Positions 36,813 through 46,162 of a stretch of 47,034 nt of DNA are shown one piece after another. A program made the position numbers and the translations under genes. Position 1 is the stretch's first letter; the number at the start of each line of letters is the position of its first letter. Source of the stretch: Candidatus Falkowbacteria bacterium CG02_land_8_20_14_3_00_36_14. Its GTDB lineage: Bacteria > Patescibacteriota > Patescibacteriia > Patescibacteriales > UM-FILTER-36-11. The notes beneath the pieces were generated by a model. The model saw nothing but the letters and a program-made list of their open reading frames with translations. It did no database searches and was not told where the DNA came from. The stretch is taken from NCBI GenBank assembly GCA_002781265.1, contig PETS01000105.1, positions 1-47,034 of the forward strand, in the 5' to 3' direction.

Positions 36813-37970
36813 ATGTTTACCACTATCATTATTTTCATTATCATATTAAGCGCTCTGGTTTTTGTCCATGAACTGGGGCATTTTTTGGTTGCCCGCAAAT
36901 TCGGAGTCAAAGCGGAAGAATTCGGCATTGGTTTTCCTCCCCGCGCTTGGGGCGTATACAAGAGCAAGGACGGACGCTGGAAGCAGGTTAGGGGCGGCCG
37001 GAAAGTGGATGACGCTGCTGACACAATTTATTCAATAAACTGGGTTCCCTTGGGCGGGTTTGTAAAGCTGGGCGAAGATGAAGACGGAGGCGGCGATCCT
37101 AACCATTTTGCCAATAAGCCGATATGGCAAAGGACATTTATGATATCAGCCGGCGTAACTATGAATATAATTTTCGCGGCTGTTATTTTGGCTATCGGCT
37201 TGATGATAGGCCTTCCCCAGGAACTTAATAATGTCAGCCCCCTGGCCAAAGTATCTGATAAGAATATCCAGATAATCCAAGTTTTAGCCGGCTCACCAGC
37301 GGATATGGCCGGCATTAAAATAGGCGATATCATTATCGGCGTTGATAAAGAAAAAATAATTAAAAGCGAAGATTTGCAGAAATATGTTAATGAGCGGACT
37401 GGAGAAGAATTAACTTATCAAATTAAAAGAGGCAATGAAGAAATAGCCATAAAAATAATTCCAATATTAATGGAGGATACCGGCGCCGGAGGCATTGGCA
37501 TCGCTATCGCGGAAATAGGCATAGTAAAATATCCCTGGTATATGGCAATTTGGGAAGGCGTAAAAACCACCATATTATTGACTTGGGCGATAATCGCCGC
37601 TTTTTATAATCTAATCAAGGGCTTAATAATCGGTTCCGGAGTGAGCGCTGATATAGCCGGTCCGGTGGGCATCGCCGCTTTAACCGGACAAGTAACCAAA
37701 TTGGGATTTATTTATATTTTACAGTTTGCCGCCCTTTTATCAATTAATTTAGCTATAATAAATTTTTTTCCTTTTCCGGCCTTGGACGGCGGGCGGGTGC
37801 TGTTTTTAATAATAGAGAAGATTAAAGGGTCGCCGGTTAAGCGGGAACTGGAAACAGCCATCCATAATATCGGGTTTGTGCTGTTGATGATATTGATATT
37901 AGCGGTAACCTACCGTGACATCGCCAAATACAGCGATAAATTTAAAATGCTGTGGGAGAGGATATTCTAA
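36813..37970 (+). CDS. rseP: RIP site-2 metalloprotease RseP
   Basis: HELGHF zinc motif, PDZ segment (AGSPADMAGIKIGDII), and NLAIINFFPFPALDGG C-terminal motif. Confidence 0.9.
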   Translation: MFTTIIIFIIILSALVFVHELGHFLVARKFGVKAEEFGIGFPPRAWGVYKSKDGRWKQVRGGRKVDDAADTIYSINWVPLGGFVKLGEDEDGGGDPNHFANKPIWQRTFMISAGVTMNIIFAAVILAIGLMIGLPQELNNVSPLAKVSDKNIQIIQVLAGSPADMAGIKIGDIIIGVDKEKIIKSEDLQKYVNERTGEELTYQIKRGNEEIAIKIIPILMEDTGAGGIGIAIAEIGIVKYPWYMAIWEGVKTTILLTWAIIAAFYNLIKGLIIGSGVSADIAGPVGIAALTGQVTKLGFIYILQFAALLSINLAIINFFPFPALDGGRVLFLIIEKIKGSPVKRELETAIHNIGFVLLMILILAVTYRDIAKYSDKFKMLWERIF

Positions 37971-38008
37971 TAATTACAACTGCCACTGTCATTCAATCCT
38001 CTCCCTCT

Positions 38009-38193
38009 GTCATTCCCGCGCAGGCGGGAATCTAACGTTGGAAAATATAAAAATTAAGATAATAATAACTAATTAAAAATAAATTTAAAAAGAGAATTTT
38101 CAATAGAGCGAATTTTTGTTGACATGTTTTGAGCTATTACCAGCGTATGGATTCCCTGTCTGCCGACAGGCAGGCCGCCTGCGCGGGAATGAC
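38009..38193. mobile_element. MITE-like element with perfect 19-bp terminal inverted repeats
   Basis: Left end gtcattcccgcgcaggcgg (38009-27) is the exact reverse complement of the right end ccgcctgcgcgggaatgac (38175-93). The core is AT-rich. An internal cctgtctgccgacaggcagg palindrome is present, and a partial gtcattc copy lies at 37988. Confidence 0.65.
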
Positions 38194-38238
38194 AAAAAGA
38201 GAGTTTTATAATCTAAAATAATTACTAATCACAAAAAA

Positions 38239-38571
38239 ATGAACATAAATATAAAAGCGACAAAAATTAAATTAACTCCCGAGGTTAAAGGGTATATTCA
38301 GGAAAAAATGGATATGGTAGAAAAATATTTAGGAGGAATTACTCCTATTAATGCTGATTTTGAGGTGGAAATGACCACTCATCATCATAATAAAGGGGAA
38401 ATATACCGCGCGGAAGTTAATTTATTATTGCCCGGGCAGCTTCTGTGCCTAACCAAAACGGAAAAAGAATTATTAAAAGCCATTGATAAAGTCAAGGACC
38501 ATTTGGAAATAATGATTAAAAAATACAAGGAAAAAAGGATTGACAAAAAACGGAAAGGGCGGGCAAATTAA
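38239..38571 (+). CDS. hpf: Ribosome hibernation promoting factor / RaiA family
   Basis: MNINIKATKIKLTPEVKGYIQEKM..VEKYL, then a beta strand and H-rich loop, and a basic C-terminal tail. Typical short HPF. Confidence 0.8.
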   Translation: MNINIKATKIKLTPEVKGYIQEKMDMVEKYLGGITPINADFEVEMTTHHHNKGEIYRAEVNLLLPGQLLCLTKTEKELLKAIDKVKDHLEIMIKKYKEKRIDKKRKGRAN

Positions 38572-38589
38572 TTTTTTAAAGAAAACGTT

Positions 38590-38931
38590 ATGAAAATTAT
38601 AAAGGATAAAATTTTAATTGAAGAACTGAAAGAGATGTCAGCCAAAATGTTCGGCAATTTAGTAAAAGCGGTTGTTGATGTTGAAAAGAAAATAATGGCA
38701 ATTGACGGCGAGCTTCACGCAGATGAAGAGGCGTTGCTTTTGGAAAATAGTTCGGAGCAGAAAAACCTTTGGGGTATCAACATTTATCCGGAACTATCCG
38801 GCGAAGATTTTATTGAATTTGATTCTATGATAAACTTGCGCCCGGCGCAAGGAAATAAAAGCAGAGGCGTGGATAATACGGAAATAAGGAATAATATTTT
38901 AGCAGTAGTTAATAAATTAATTGCAAGATAA
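38590..38931 (+). CDS. Hypothetical small protein
   Basis: Clean 113-aa ORF, translationally coupled (TAATG) to the next ORF. No domain recognised with confidence. Confidence 0.55.
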   Translation: MKIIKDKILIEELKEMSAKMFGNLVKAVVDVEKKIMAIDGELHADEEALLLENSSEQKNLWGINIYPELSGEDFIEFDSMINLRPAQGNKSRGVDNTEIRNNILAVVNKLIAR

Positions 38932-39257
38932 TGGAAATCCAACATAAACAATTGGCGCAGGGAAGTTGGAAGAAGCTGTCGTTGGTTGAACAAATGGCCA
39001 ATATTGGCAGTGAAGTGGAGCGGGCGATAAAGTGGAAAAATAAAAATAACGTTGAATATAAACAGCTGGCTTTTGACCGCGCTTTGGAACTTCTAGATTT
39101 AACTTTAGTGGATGATAAAAATAAAAAACGACTTAAGGAAATTACGCGCTTGCGGGAAGCGCTGGCTGATTATTTTGTTTTTAAAAATGAATACCACTCC
39201 ACTGATAAAGCCTGGCATAACTATTTTCACGCTTTTAATTACGCGGCCAGAATTTGA
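38931..39257 (+). CDS. Hypothetical small helical protein
   Basis: 108-aa ORF. Its start overlaps the upstream stop by 1 nt. It ends in one of the few TGA stops in the window. Confidence 0.55.
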   Translation: MEIQHKQLAQGSWKKLSLVEQMANIGSEVERAIKWKNKNNVEYKQLAFDRALELLDLTLVDDKNKKRLKEITRLREALADYFVFKNEYHSTDKAWHNYFHAFNYAARI

Positions 39258-39377
39258 TTTATGTTTTTATATGGAAAATCAAAATTTTTTCAAAAATAAA
39301 TATAATTCGCGCGATACTTATAGAATACAGAAACTATCTCAAAAAAATAAATAGGAAAAGAACTTAGATTTTATTTT

Positions 39378-40580
39378 ATGCCGGAAAAATTTGATTTTCT
39401 TAAAATTAAAGATCAGAAAAAATTTGAAAAATTACCCCAAAAGGAGCGGGAGGAAATTATCGGCGAAGCGCAAGAGGAAGCGTCTTTAATAAATGAGATT
39501 GTTGGAGAAAATGGTAGTAAAGAAGATTATGAAATAATCACTAAATTAGCGGAAGAAGAAATTATTTCTAAAAAGGATATAGAAATTTTAAAAGAAAAAT
39601 ATAATAAAAAAATAGATGATATTTTAAATAGCCAATTAACCGTTGAAAATATTGAGACGTTTGCCGATAATGCTTTAACACAAATAACAAGTTTTGTTGA
39701 TGATGTTTTATCGCAATATCAAAAATATCACAATAATAAATTTGCGGTCATAGACCATGCGGAACAAGAGAATCAAGCGCTTGCATTTTTTGGATTGCCA
39801 GATATTCCAAATATTTTGCAATCTATTATTGAAGTAAAAGAAAAAATAGACAATCTTAAAGCATATATTGGTATAAATATAGCGAAAAATAATATAGTTA
39901 TTACTCCACCGGATAATAACAAAAAAATAAATGCGGGAGATGGGCAGGGAATAGAGCAAAAAAGAATGTTTCCGCGCTTTTTAACGCTTCTTTATATTCT
40001 TAAATACGATTTTGATATTTCGCCGAATGAAGCGCCCGCAATAATAGGAATTGTGACGCCTGACATGGTACGGCAAACAACGTATATGCGAATGGAAATA
40101 CCAGTTTTTAACCGCGTGGTTTATCTATGCGACGAAGAAGGAAATGTGAGTTATATTTTTGATGTGGCAAAAATAGAAGAACAAAATCTTACTCTTAATG
40201 AAATAGATATTTACACAAAAATACAAAAAAATCTTCTAATATCTCGCCACCCCGGCATTGGCATTAGAATAAAGCAAACGAATATATGGAGAAACAACAT
40301 AACTTCCGCATTAAGAGAACCGATTTCTGAGGCAAGTTTATTAAAAAACGCAAGACAAATATCCGAATTTAGACGAGGAAAAGGCGAATTTCTTTCTTTT
40401 GAAGAATTTCAGCGTGAAGTAATAAGTTTATATTCCGGAGAAAAAGATGTCCGAAAGTGGTATTGTCAGGAACGGAGGAATCATCCTAATTGGCCAGCAG
40501 ATCCTTATAAAAAATATAAAGACAAAGGATGGGAAGGATGGTCAGAGCTTGTGGGAAAAAATAGATTTAAAAAAATTTAA
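39378..40580 (+). CDS. Hypothetical protein with C-terminal integrase-repeat-like W/Y-rich module
   Basis: 400-aa ORF. Acidic coiled N-terminus. The C-terminal FLSFEEFQREV...RKWYCQERRNHPNWPADPYKKYKDKGWEGWSELVG resembles the module found on phage or homing-endonuclease-associated proteins. Confidence 0.5.
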   Translation: MPEKFDFLKIKDQKKFEKLPQKEREEIIGEAQEEASLINEIVGENGSKEDYEIITKLAEEEIISKKDIEILKEKYNKKIDDILNSQLTVENIETFADNALTQITSFVDDVLSQYQKYHNNKFAVIDHAEQENQALAFFGLPDIPNILQSIIEVKEKIDNLKAYIGINIAKNNIVITPPDNNKKINAGDGQGIEQKRMFPRFLTLLYILKYDFDISPNEAPAIIGIVTPDMVRQTTYMRMEIPVFNRVVYLCDEEGNVSYIFDVAKIEEQNLTLNEIDIYTKIQKNLLISRHPGIGIRIKQTNIWRNNITSALREPISEASLLKNARQISEFRRGKGEFLSFEEFQREVISLYSGEKDVRKWYCQERRNHPNWPADPYKKYKDKGWEGWSELVGKNRFKKI

Positions 40581-40747
40581 AAAATAGAACTGGTAATATA
40601 CAAAATGAATGAAAAACCATGAAATTTACAACTTTTTTTCCTGTGGATTACTAAAAATAGCTTTGTATCCAATATGTGCTGGACTAATACAAAAATTTGA
40701 TTTATTAAGAGTTTAATTATATAATAATTTTATATATAAGTTATTTT

Positions 40748-40772
40748 AAATATCCTTTTGGGATATTTTTTT
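40748..40772 (+). terminator. Weak AT-rich hairpin plus T-run upstream of secA
   Basis: aaatatcc-ttttg-ggatattt followed by tttt. Confidence 0.3.
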
Positions 40773-40788
40773 AAAATACATTATCTAT

Positions 40789-43701
40789 ATGAGCATAATT
40801 ACGAAAATATTCGGTGATCCGAATGAAAAATATATAAAAACTCTGCGTCCGCTGGTTGATAAAATTAATAGCTGGGAAGATAGGTTTAAGGCAATGAGCG
40901 ATGAGGAATTAAAAGGGATGACCGCGGAGTTCAGAAAAAGATTAGGTATGGAGGGGGAGGGGACAAAACACCATAACCTGGATGAAGAATTAAAAAAGAT
41001 TTTACCGGAAGCATTTGCGGTTGTGCGGGAAGCATCCAGGCGAACGCTGGGGCAAAGGCATTATGATGTCCAGTTAATTGGAGGCATAGCGCTTCATCAA
41101 GGTCAAATTGCGGAAATGAGAACTGGAGAAGGAAAAACTCTTGTAGCGACTTTGCCTTTATATTTAAACGCCCTGGCCGGCCGAGGCGCGCATTTGGTTA
41201 CGGTCAATGATTATTTATCCCGCATCGGCGCCGGCTGGATGGCCCCGGTTTATCATCTTTTAGGACTTTCTGTCGGCGTAATAATTCATGACAGCGCTTT
41301 TATTTATGATAAAGAATATACGGATGATTCGCAATTTGACGAGCGGTTAAAGCATTTTCGGCCGATAGCCAGAAAGGACGCCTATGCCCGCGATATTTTA
41401 TACGGCACTAATAACGAATTCGGCTTTGATTATCTGCGCGACAATATGGCGCCTGATTTAAACGCCATGGTGCAAAGAGGATTGCATTATGCCATTGTGG
41501 ATGAAATAGATTCTATTTTAATTGATGAAGCTAGAACTCCTTTAATTATCAGCGCGGCGGCCGAGGAGTCAACCGAAAAATATTTTAAATTTGCCCAATT
41601 AGTGGAACGTTTGCAAGAAAATGTTATATCAGAAAATTCTCTTCAATCAAATGAAAAGCAGGCCGGACAAGGCGATTATAATGTTGATGAAAAGATGCGG
41701 GTCGCTACTTTGACTGAAGTCGGCATTGCTAAGATGGAAAAATGGCTGGGAGTTGATAATATTTATACGGCCGGCGGAGTGCGCGAGGCGCATCATATTG
41801 AACAGGCCCTAAAAGCGCGGGTATTATTCAAGCGCGACCGCGATTATGTAATTAAGGATGGTCAGGTTATCATTGTGGATGAATTTACCGGACGCTTAAT
41901 GCACGGCCGCCGCTACTCAGAAGGACTGCATCAAGCCATTGAAGCTAAGGAAGGCGTAAAAGTACAGAGGGAATCACAAACTTTAGCAACTATTACTTTT
42001 CAAAATTATTTTAGAATTTATAAAAAACTAGCCGGCATGACCGGAACAGCCGCTACTGAAGCGGAAGAATTTTCCAAGATATATAATCTGGAAACAGTAG
42101 TTATCCCCACGCATAAGCCGATGGTGAGAAAAGATTTAAATGATTTGATTTATCGCACTGAAGAAGGAAAATTTAAAGCAGTGATAGAAGACGTAAAGAG
42201 CCGCCACCGGAAAGGCCAGCCGGTGTTAGTCGGCACCATTTCTATTGAAAAAAATGAAATTTTATCGGCCATGATGGAGCGGGAAGGGTTAAGGCCGCAG
42301 GTTTTAAATGCTAAAAATCATTTAAAAGAAGCGCAGATTATTACGCAAGCAGGCAAAATCGGCAGTATTACCATTGCCACCAATATGGCCGGCCGGGGAG
42401 TTGATATAATGCTTGGCGGCAATAAACCGTCTGAAAAAAGCGCTGAATATAAACAGTGGCTGGAAGAGCATAATAGAGTAAAAGAATTGGGCGGTTTGCA
42501 CGTAATCGGCACAGAAAGGCATGAGTCCAGGCGGATTGACAATCAACTGCGGGGACGGTCCGGACGCCAAGGAGACCAAGGATCTTCCCAGTTTTATGTT
42601 TCCACTGAAGATGATTTAATGCGCATATTCGGCGGCGATAGGATGAAATCGCTAATGGCGACTTTGAAGATGCCGGAAGATATGCCGATTGAAAATAAAA
42701 TAATATCCAAATCAATAGAATCGGCCCAAAAGAAAGTTGAAGGCAATAATTTTGATATCAGAAAGCATTTAGTTGAATACGACGATGTTTTAAACAAGCA
42801 CCGGGATGCGATATACAAAAAACGCCGGCAAATACTCAAGATAGCTGGCGGAGAAAATTATAAATTCGAAATTATAAATCCGAAACAAATTCAAAATTCA
42901 AAATTCAAAATTCAAAATTCTTTGTCTGATATTATTATAAGGATGGTGGAAGCGGAAATTGAACAGGTAGTCAGCTTCCATACGGTTGCCGAAAAAATTA
43001 ATGATTGGGATTTGAATGAAATTAAGCAGGTAATGTCCACTATTTTTCCCATTGAAGAAAGTTTGGACAAAAGCTTAAAAGGCTTTGTGTCAGAACCTGA
43101 TAAACTAGATAAAGTAAAGGCCAGAACCGCTATTATTGAATATTTAGCGGATTTAGCTAAAAAATCTTATAAAAATTTGGCAAAAAAAGCGGAAGCAGGA
43201 GGGATAAATTGGGCAGAAATTGCCAAGGCTATATTAATCCGCTCCATTGATACTCTTTGGGTAGAGCATTTAGAGGCGATGACGGTAATGCGCCAAGGCA
43301 TAGGTCTGCGCGGTTATGGCCAGCGCGATCCCTTGGTTGAATATAAAAAAGAAGCTTACGGTCTCTATAATGAGCTGAATAATTTAATCAACAAAGAGGT
43401 TGTTTATAGCATTTATAAAGTCGGGCAAATACGCGAGTTCATAGCTCCGAATATAGCGGATAGAGCCAAAGATTTCATCGCGCCGGCTAAAACCATGGAA
43501 AAGGGCAGCGGCTCTTTCAGCGGTTTTAAACAAGCATTGTCAGGGAATGAATCAGGAACACTAGGACAGAAAAAAGAAACTAATGAAAGAATGGATTTAG
43601 TCCATGAAAAAGTTAAAGACGCCAGCGGCAAAAAAGTCGGCCGCAACGATCCCTGTCCCTGCGGCAGCGGGAAAAAGTTTAAAAAGTGCCATGGAGGATA
43701 G
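40789..43701 (+). CDS. secA: Preprotein translocase ATPase SecA
   Basis: [14 protein letters not shown] Walker A; [19 protein letters not shown]; [10 protein letters not shown]; C-terminal zinc motif [14 protein letters not shown]. Confidence 0.97.
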   Translation: MSIITKIFGDPNEKYIKTLRPLVDKINSWEDRFKAMSDEELKGMTAEFRKRLGMEGEGTKHHNLDEELKKILPEAFAVVREASRRTLGQRHYDVQLIGGIALHQGQIAEMRTGEGKTLVATLPLYLNALAGRGAHLVTVNDYLSRIGAGWMAPVYHLLGLSVGVIIHDSAFIYDKEYTDDSQFDERLKHFRPIARKDAYARDILYGTNNEFGFDYLRDNMAPDLNAMVQRGLHYAIVDEIDSILIDEARTPLIISAAAEESTEKYFKFAQLVERLQENVISENSLQSNEKQAGQGDYNVDEKMRVATLTEVGIAKMEKWLGVDNIYTAGGVREAHHIEQALKARVLFKRDRDYVIKDGQVIIVDEFTGRLMHGRRYSEGLHQAIEAKEGVKVQRESQTLATITFQNYFRIYKKLAGMTGTAATEAEEFSKIYNLETVVIPTHKPMVRKDLNDLIYRTEEGKFKAVIEDVKSRHRKGQPVLVGTISIEKNEILSAMMEREGLRPQVLNAKNHLKEAQIITQAGKIGSITIATNMAGRGVDIMLGGNKPSEKSAEYKQWLEEHNRVKELGGLHVIGTERHESRRIDNQLRGRSGRQGDQGSSQFYVSTEDDLMRIFGGDRMKSLMATLKMPEDMPIENKIISKSIESAQKKVEGNNFDIRKHLVEYDDVLNKHRDAIYKKRRQILKIAGGENYKFEIINPKQIQNSKFKIQNSLSDIIIRMVEAEIEQVVSFHTVAEKINDWDLNEIKQVMSTIFPIEESLDKSLKGFVSEPDKLDKVKARTAIIEYLADLAKKSYKNLAKKAEAGGINWAEIAKAILIRSIDTLWVEHLEAMTVMRQGIGLRGYGQRDPLVEYKKEAYGLYNELNNLINKEVVYSIYKVGQIREFIAPNIADRAKDFIAPAKTMEKGSGSFSGFKQALSGNESGTLGQKKETNERMDLVHEKVKDASGKKVGRNDPCPCGSGKKFKKCHGG
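42887..42920 (+). repeat. Heptanucleotide (aaaattc) tandem repeat, about 5 copies, inside secA
   Basis: aaattc aaaattc aaaattc aaaattc aaaattc encodes [12 protein letters not shown]. Confidence 0.8.
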
Positions 43702-43741
43702 AATTAAGAATTTAGAAATAAGAAATTAGAATATAAATTTT

Positions 43742-44242
43742 ATGTCTAAAAAATGCATATTATTTTCCGGCGCGGTTGGCTGTTCAAAAACTCCGACAGC
43801 TACATATTTAAGCCAGCAGTTTGATTTGCCGATTTTAAGCAATGATTCCATTCGCACTGAAATATTGGAAGATTTCGGCAAGCCAAACGAAAATGAATAC
43901 ATGAAACGCAGAGATAGTCGGTTGAATATGATTTTAGGCAGCGGCAAATCATTTATATTAGACGTCAGTATAGACAGGGAATATGAAAGAATAATGAAAT
44001 TATTAAAAAAATATAAATATCGACATATAATTATTAGTTTTGATTTGAGTAAAAAATTATTAATAAAGCTTTATAAAATCAAAGGGTATAAAGAATCCCT
44101 AAAAAGAGTTGACAGTTTAATATTAGATCATGGGAATTTTATTAAAAAATATAATAAAGTTGTCAATTTACATATTAATGACGATAATTTTACTGATCGG
44201 TTAAATATTTCTTTTAACAAAGTAAAAAGTTTTATAAAGTAA
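43742..44242 (+). CDS. Small P-loop NTPase/kinase-like protein
   Basis: ILFSGAVGCSKTPTA is a degenerate Walker A (Ser in place of the second Gly). ILDVS is Walker B-like. Confidence 0.5.
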   Translation: MSKKCILFSGAVGCSKTPTATYLSQQFDLPILSNDSIRTEILEDFGKPNENEYMKRRDSRLNMILGSGKSFILDVSIDREYERIMKLLKKYKYRHIIISFDLSKKLLIKLYKIKGYKESLKRVDSLILDHGNFIKKYNKVVNLHINDDNFTDRLNISFNKVKSFIK

Positions 44243-44403
44243 ATTCATTCTTTTAGTAAATTTTAGCGTAAGATTTTTTATTTTAAAACCACACCGCCTT
44301 GCAATTTTGTTTTATTTATTTTTTTATGCCTGATAATATTTTACAAAAATTATTTCAGCCCAGCGGACGCGGTAAAGTCTGGTGGCTTTTTGCTTTTATA
44401 ATT

Positions 44404-44598
44404 TTATTGGTTATAATCAGCGGAATTATTGATGCCGGCAACTAATCGCCGAAAATTATTTCCTGTATCGGCAAATTCCATTTTCAACAATTTATGCCCG
44501 AAACAGTTGGTCGCCACCGTCGTGTGTTTGTCTTTGTGTATGTCCACGCCAACATACAGGAACTGATTTGGATTCGGCCGCCAGCTCCGCCGGGCCAT
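44404..44598 (-). pseudogene. IS110-family transposase, N-terminal fragment only
   Basis: YVGVDIHKDKHTTVATNCFGHKLLKMEFADTGNNFRRLV matches the DEDD (GIDVxKD) N-terminus of IS110 transposases. Homology stops after about 50 aa. GC-rich relative to the host. Confidence 0.7.
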
Positions 44599-44825
44599 TT
44601 TGAAATATTGTCCATATGTTTTTCCTTAATTTACCAATTAAACACCAGTATCATAGCCTTACCCGCCTTTGGGCGGGCGGCAATATTCTATTGGTTCATT
44701 TTAGTGAAAGCATGAGGCAAATTACTATACCCTTCAAGCCTTAAATGGCAGGTCCGGGTAAACTATTGTTTGCCTTCTGCTTTCACAATATCATGGAGCA
44801 ATATTTTATTTAATTCTCTCATACT

Positions 44826-44939
44826 GGGGTTGGGGGCAAACCTGCCTGCTGGCAGGCAGGGAATTCCCGCCTCGCTCTCGTTTCTTGCCCCGTAGCATCC
44901 CGCGAAAGCGGGATTTGCTTCTGGGGTTCCGCCGCCGAA
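44826..44939. repeat. Cluster of GC-rich palindromic modules from the same family as the 38009-38193 element
   Basis: cctgcctgctggcaggcagggaattcccgcc parallels ggattccctgtctgccgacaggcagg at 38150-38175 when reverse-complemented. atcccgcgaaagcgggat (44897-44914) parallels attcccgcgcaggcgggaat. Confidence 0.6.
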
Positions 44940-44952
44940 TTTCGTTAAAAAT

Positions 44953-45897
44953 TTATTTACCAAACGAGCCAAAGCAAATATTTACCGTTATAAATAATAT
45001 ATAACCTGCCAATAAAATCGCACCCTCGCGCCGATCCATCTTTTTACCGCTATGATAAAAATATGTAAACAATATCAATATAATTCCCAAAAACAAAGCC
45101 ACTATCCAAAATGCCGAATTAGTATCAAAGATAATTGGGCGGATAAGAGCCAAGATTCCCAAAACTAAAACATTGGTAAAAGACGAACTCAACAGGTGGC
45201 TTAAAGAAAGCTCGGATGATTTTTTGCGCCTCGAAGTAATAGCAATGCTTATTTCCGGCAAGTTTGTGCCAATTGAAAAAACAACAAGCCCGATTACCAA
45301 TTGACTAATCTGAATATAATTTAGTAAATCCAAGGTTATCGCTACAATCCAATGCGAAGCAATAAGGATCCCTATAATCCCGACAACAACCAAAATAATT
45401 GACTTGCTGACTCGATTGCTATCGGTTATTTCTATGTGTTTATGATCGCCAAAATGGTTTAAACGGTATAAATAAAAAATAAGACCGGCATATAAACCAA
45501 TCATCGCCAATCCGTCAAAAAAACCATACCTGCCATCAACTCCGAGCAGGACAGGAGAAAAAATAACCAAAACTGTTGGAATCAAAGATGCCAAGCGCCC
45601 GTCAGTGACAATCTTTCTGTTAAGAAGCAAGCTCGCACCCAAAATAAGGCCAAGCATAACAATTATACCGCCAAGTAAATTGCCTACCGATAGAGCCGTA
45701 GCGTTATCTATTGTCGCATTAATACCCAAGGAAAGTTCGGGCAGACTAGTGATGAGGCCGAGTAAAATCCCAAAAACAAACAAACGAATTTTTAAGACAG
45801 CGCCTAAATACTTAATATTTTTTACGGCAAAATTAGCCGACCAACCGAGTGCAATAAACAAAAATAAAAGTGTTAGTAAATCAAGCAACATAGGCAT
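44953..45897 (-). CDS. Na+/Ca2+ exchanger family (CaCA, YrbG-like) membrane protein
   Basis: Two alpha-repeat motifs, SVGNLLGGIIV and GTNLPEISIAI, in a 10-helix protein. Confidence 0.8.
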   Translation of the reverse strand: MPMLLDLLTLLFLFIALGWSANFAVKNIKYLGAVLKIRLFVFGILLGLITSLPELSLGINATIDNATALSVGNLLGGIIVMLGLILGASLLLNRKIVTDGRLASLIPTVLVIFSPVLLGVDGRYGFFDGLAMIGLYAGLIFYLYRLNHFGDHKHIEITDSNRVSKSIILVVVGIIGILIASHWIVAITLDLLNYIQISQLVIGLVVFSIGTNLPEISIAITSRRKKSSELSLSHLLSSSFTNVLVLGILALIRPIIFDTNSAFWIVALFLGIILILFTYFYHSGKKMDRREGAILLAGYILFITVNICFGSFGK

Positions 45898-45899
45898 AA

Positions 45900-46118
45900 T
45901 TATAATTTTTCAATCTCTTTCAGATCTTTGTCCGGTAAATATAAAATAATAAGACCAATAATAATACCGTCCAAAGCAGTTCATGCGTGGCTCCCTCCAA
46001 AAATCCATTTGTCCAATCCATCCAGCACATACCAAATTCCGCGCCAAATAAGTACCAGACCGATAACGATGGAGATGTTTTTCGCAAGATATTGCAATGT
46101 GATTTTTGGTTTTAACAT
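45900..46118 (-). CDS. Small two-helix membrane protein frame containing one in-frame TGA
   Basis: MLKPKITLQYLAKNISIVIGLVLIWRGIWYVLDGLDKWIFGGSHA-TGA-TALDGIIIGLIILYLPDKDLKEIEKL-TAA. The TAA ends 3 nt before the ATG of the exchanger gene. Confidence 0.45.
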
Positions 46119-46162
46119 ATTTGATAAGTTAAATAATAAATTATTCTGGCGTCGCTTTAAAA

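Noticed and set aside
36764-37333. Minus-strand ORFs of 86 and 101 aa overlapping rseP
   Set aside because: They are antisense to a well-supported rseP gene and have a compositionally odd (Pro/Ser-rich) translation. Shadow ORFs.
42318-42839. Several 74-115-aa minus-strand ORFs inside secA
   Set aside because: They are antisense to a highly conserved secA segment. This is a typical shadow-ORF artefact.
44494-44715. 73-aa plus-strand ORF
   Set aside because: It is antisense to the IS110 transposase fragment and its upstream region, with no start context and no recognisable fold. Likely spurious, arising from the GC-rich IS remnant.
44763-44972. 69-aa minus-strand ORF (MARLVNKF...PAFAGCYGARNESEAGIPCLPAGRF...)
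   Set aside because: It is composed almost entirely of the GC-rich palindromic repeat modules. Its peptide is the kind of low-complexity translation such repeats give, and it overlaps the 3' end of the exchanger gene. Treated as repeat, not CDS.
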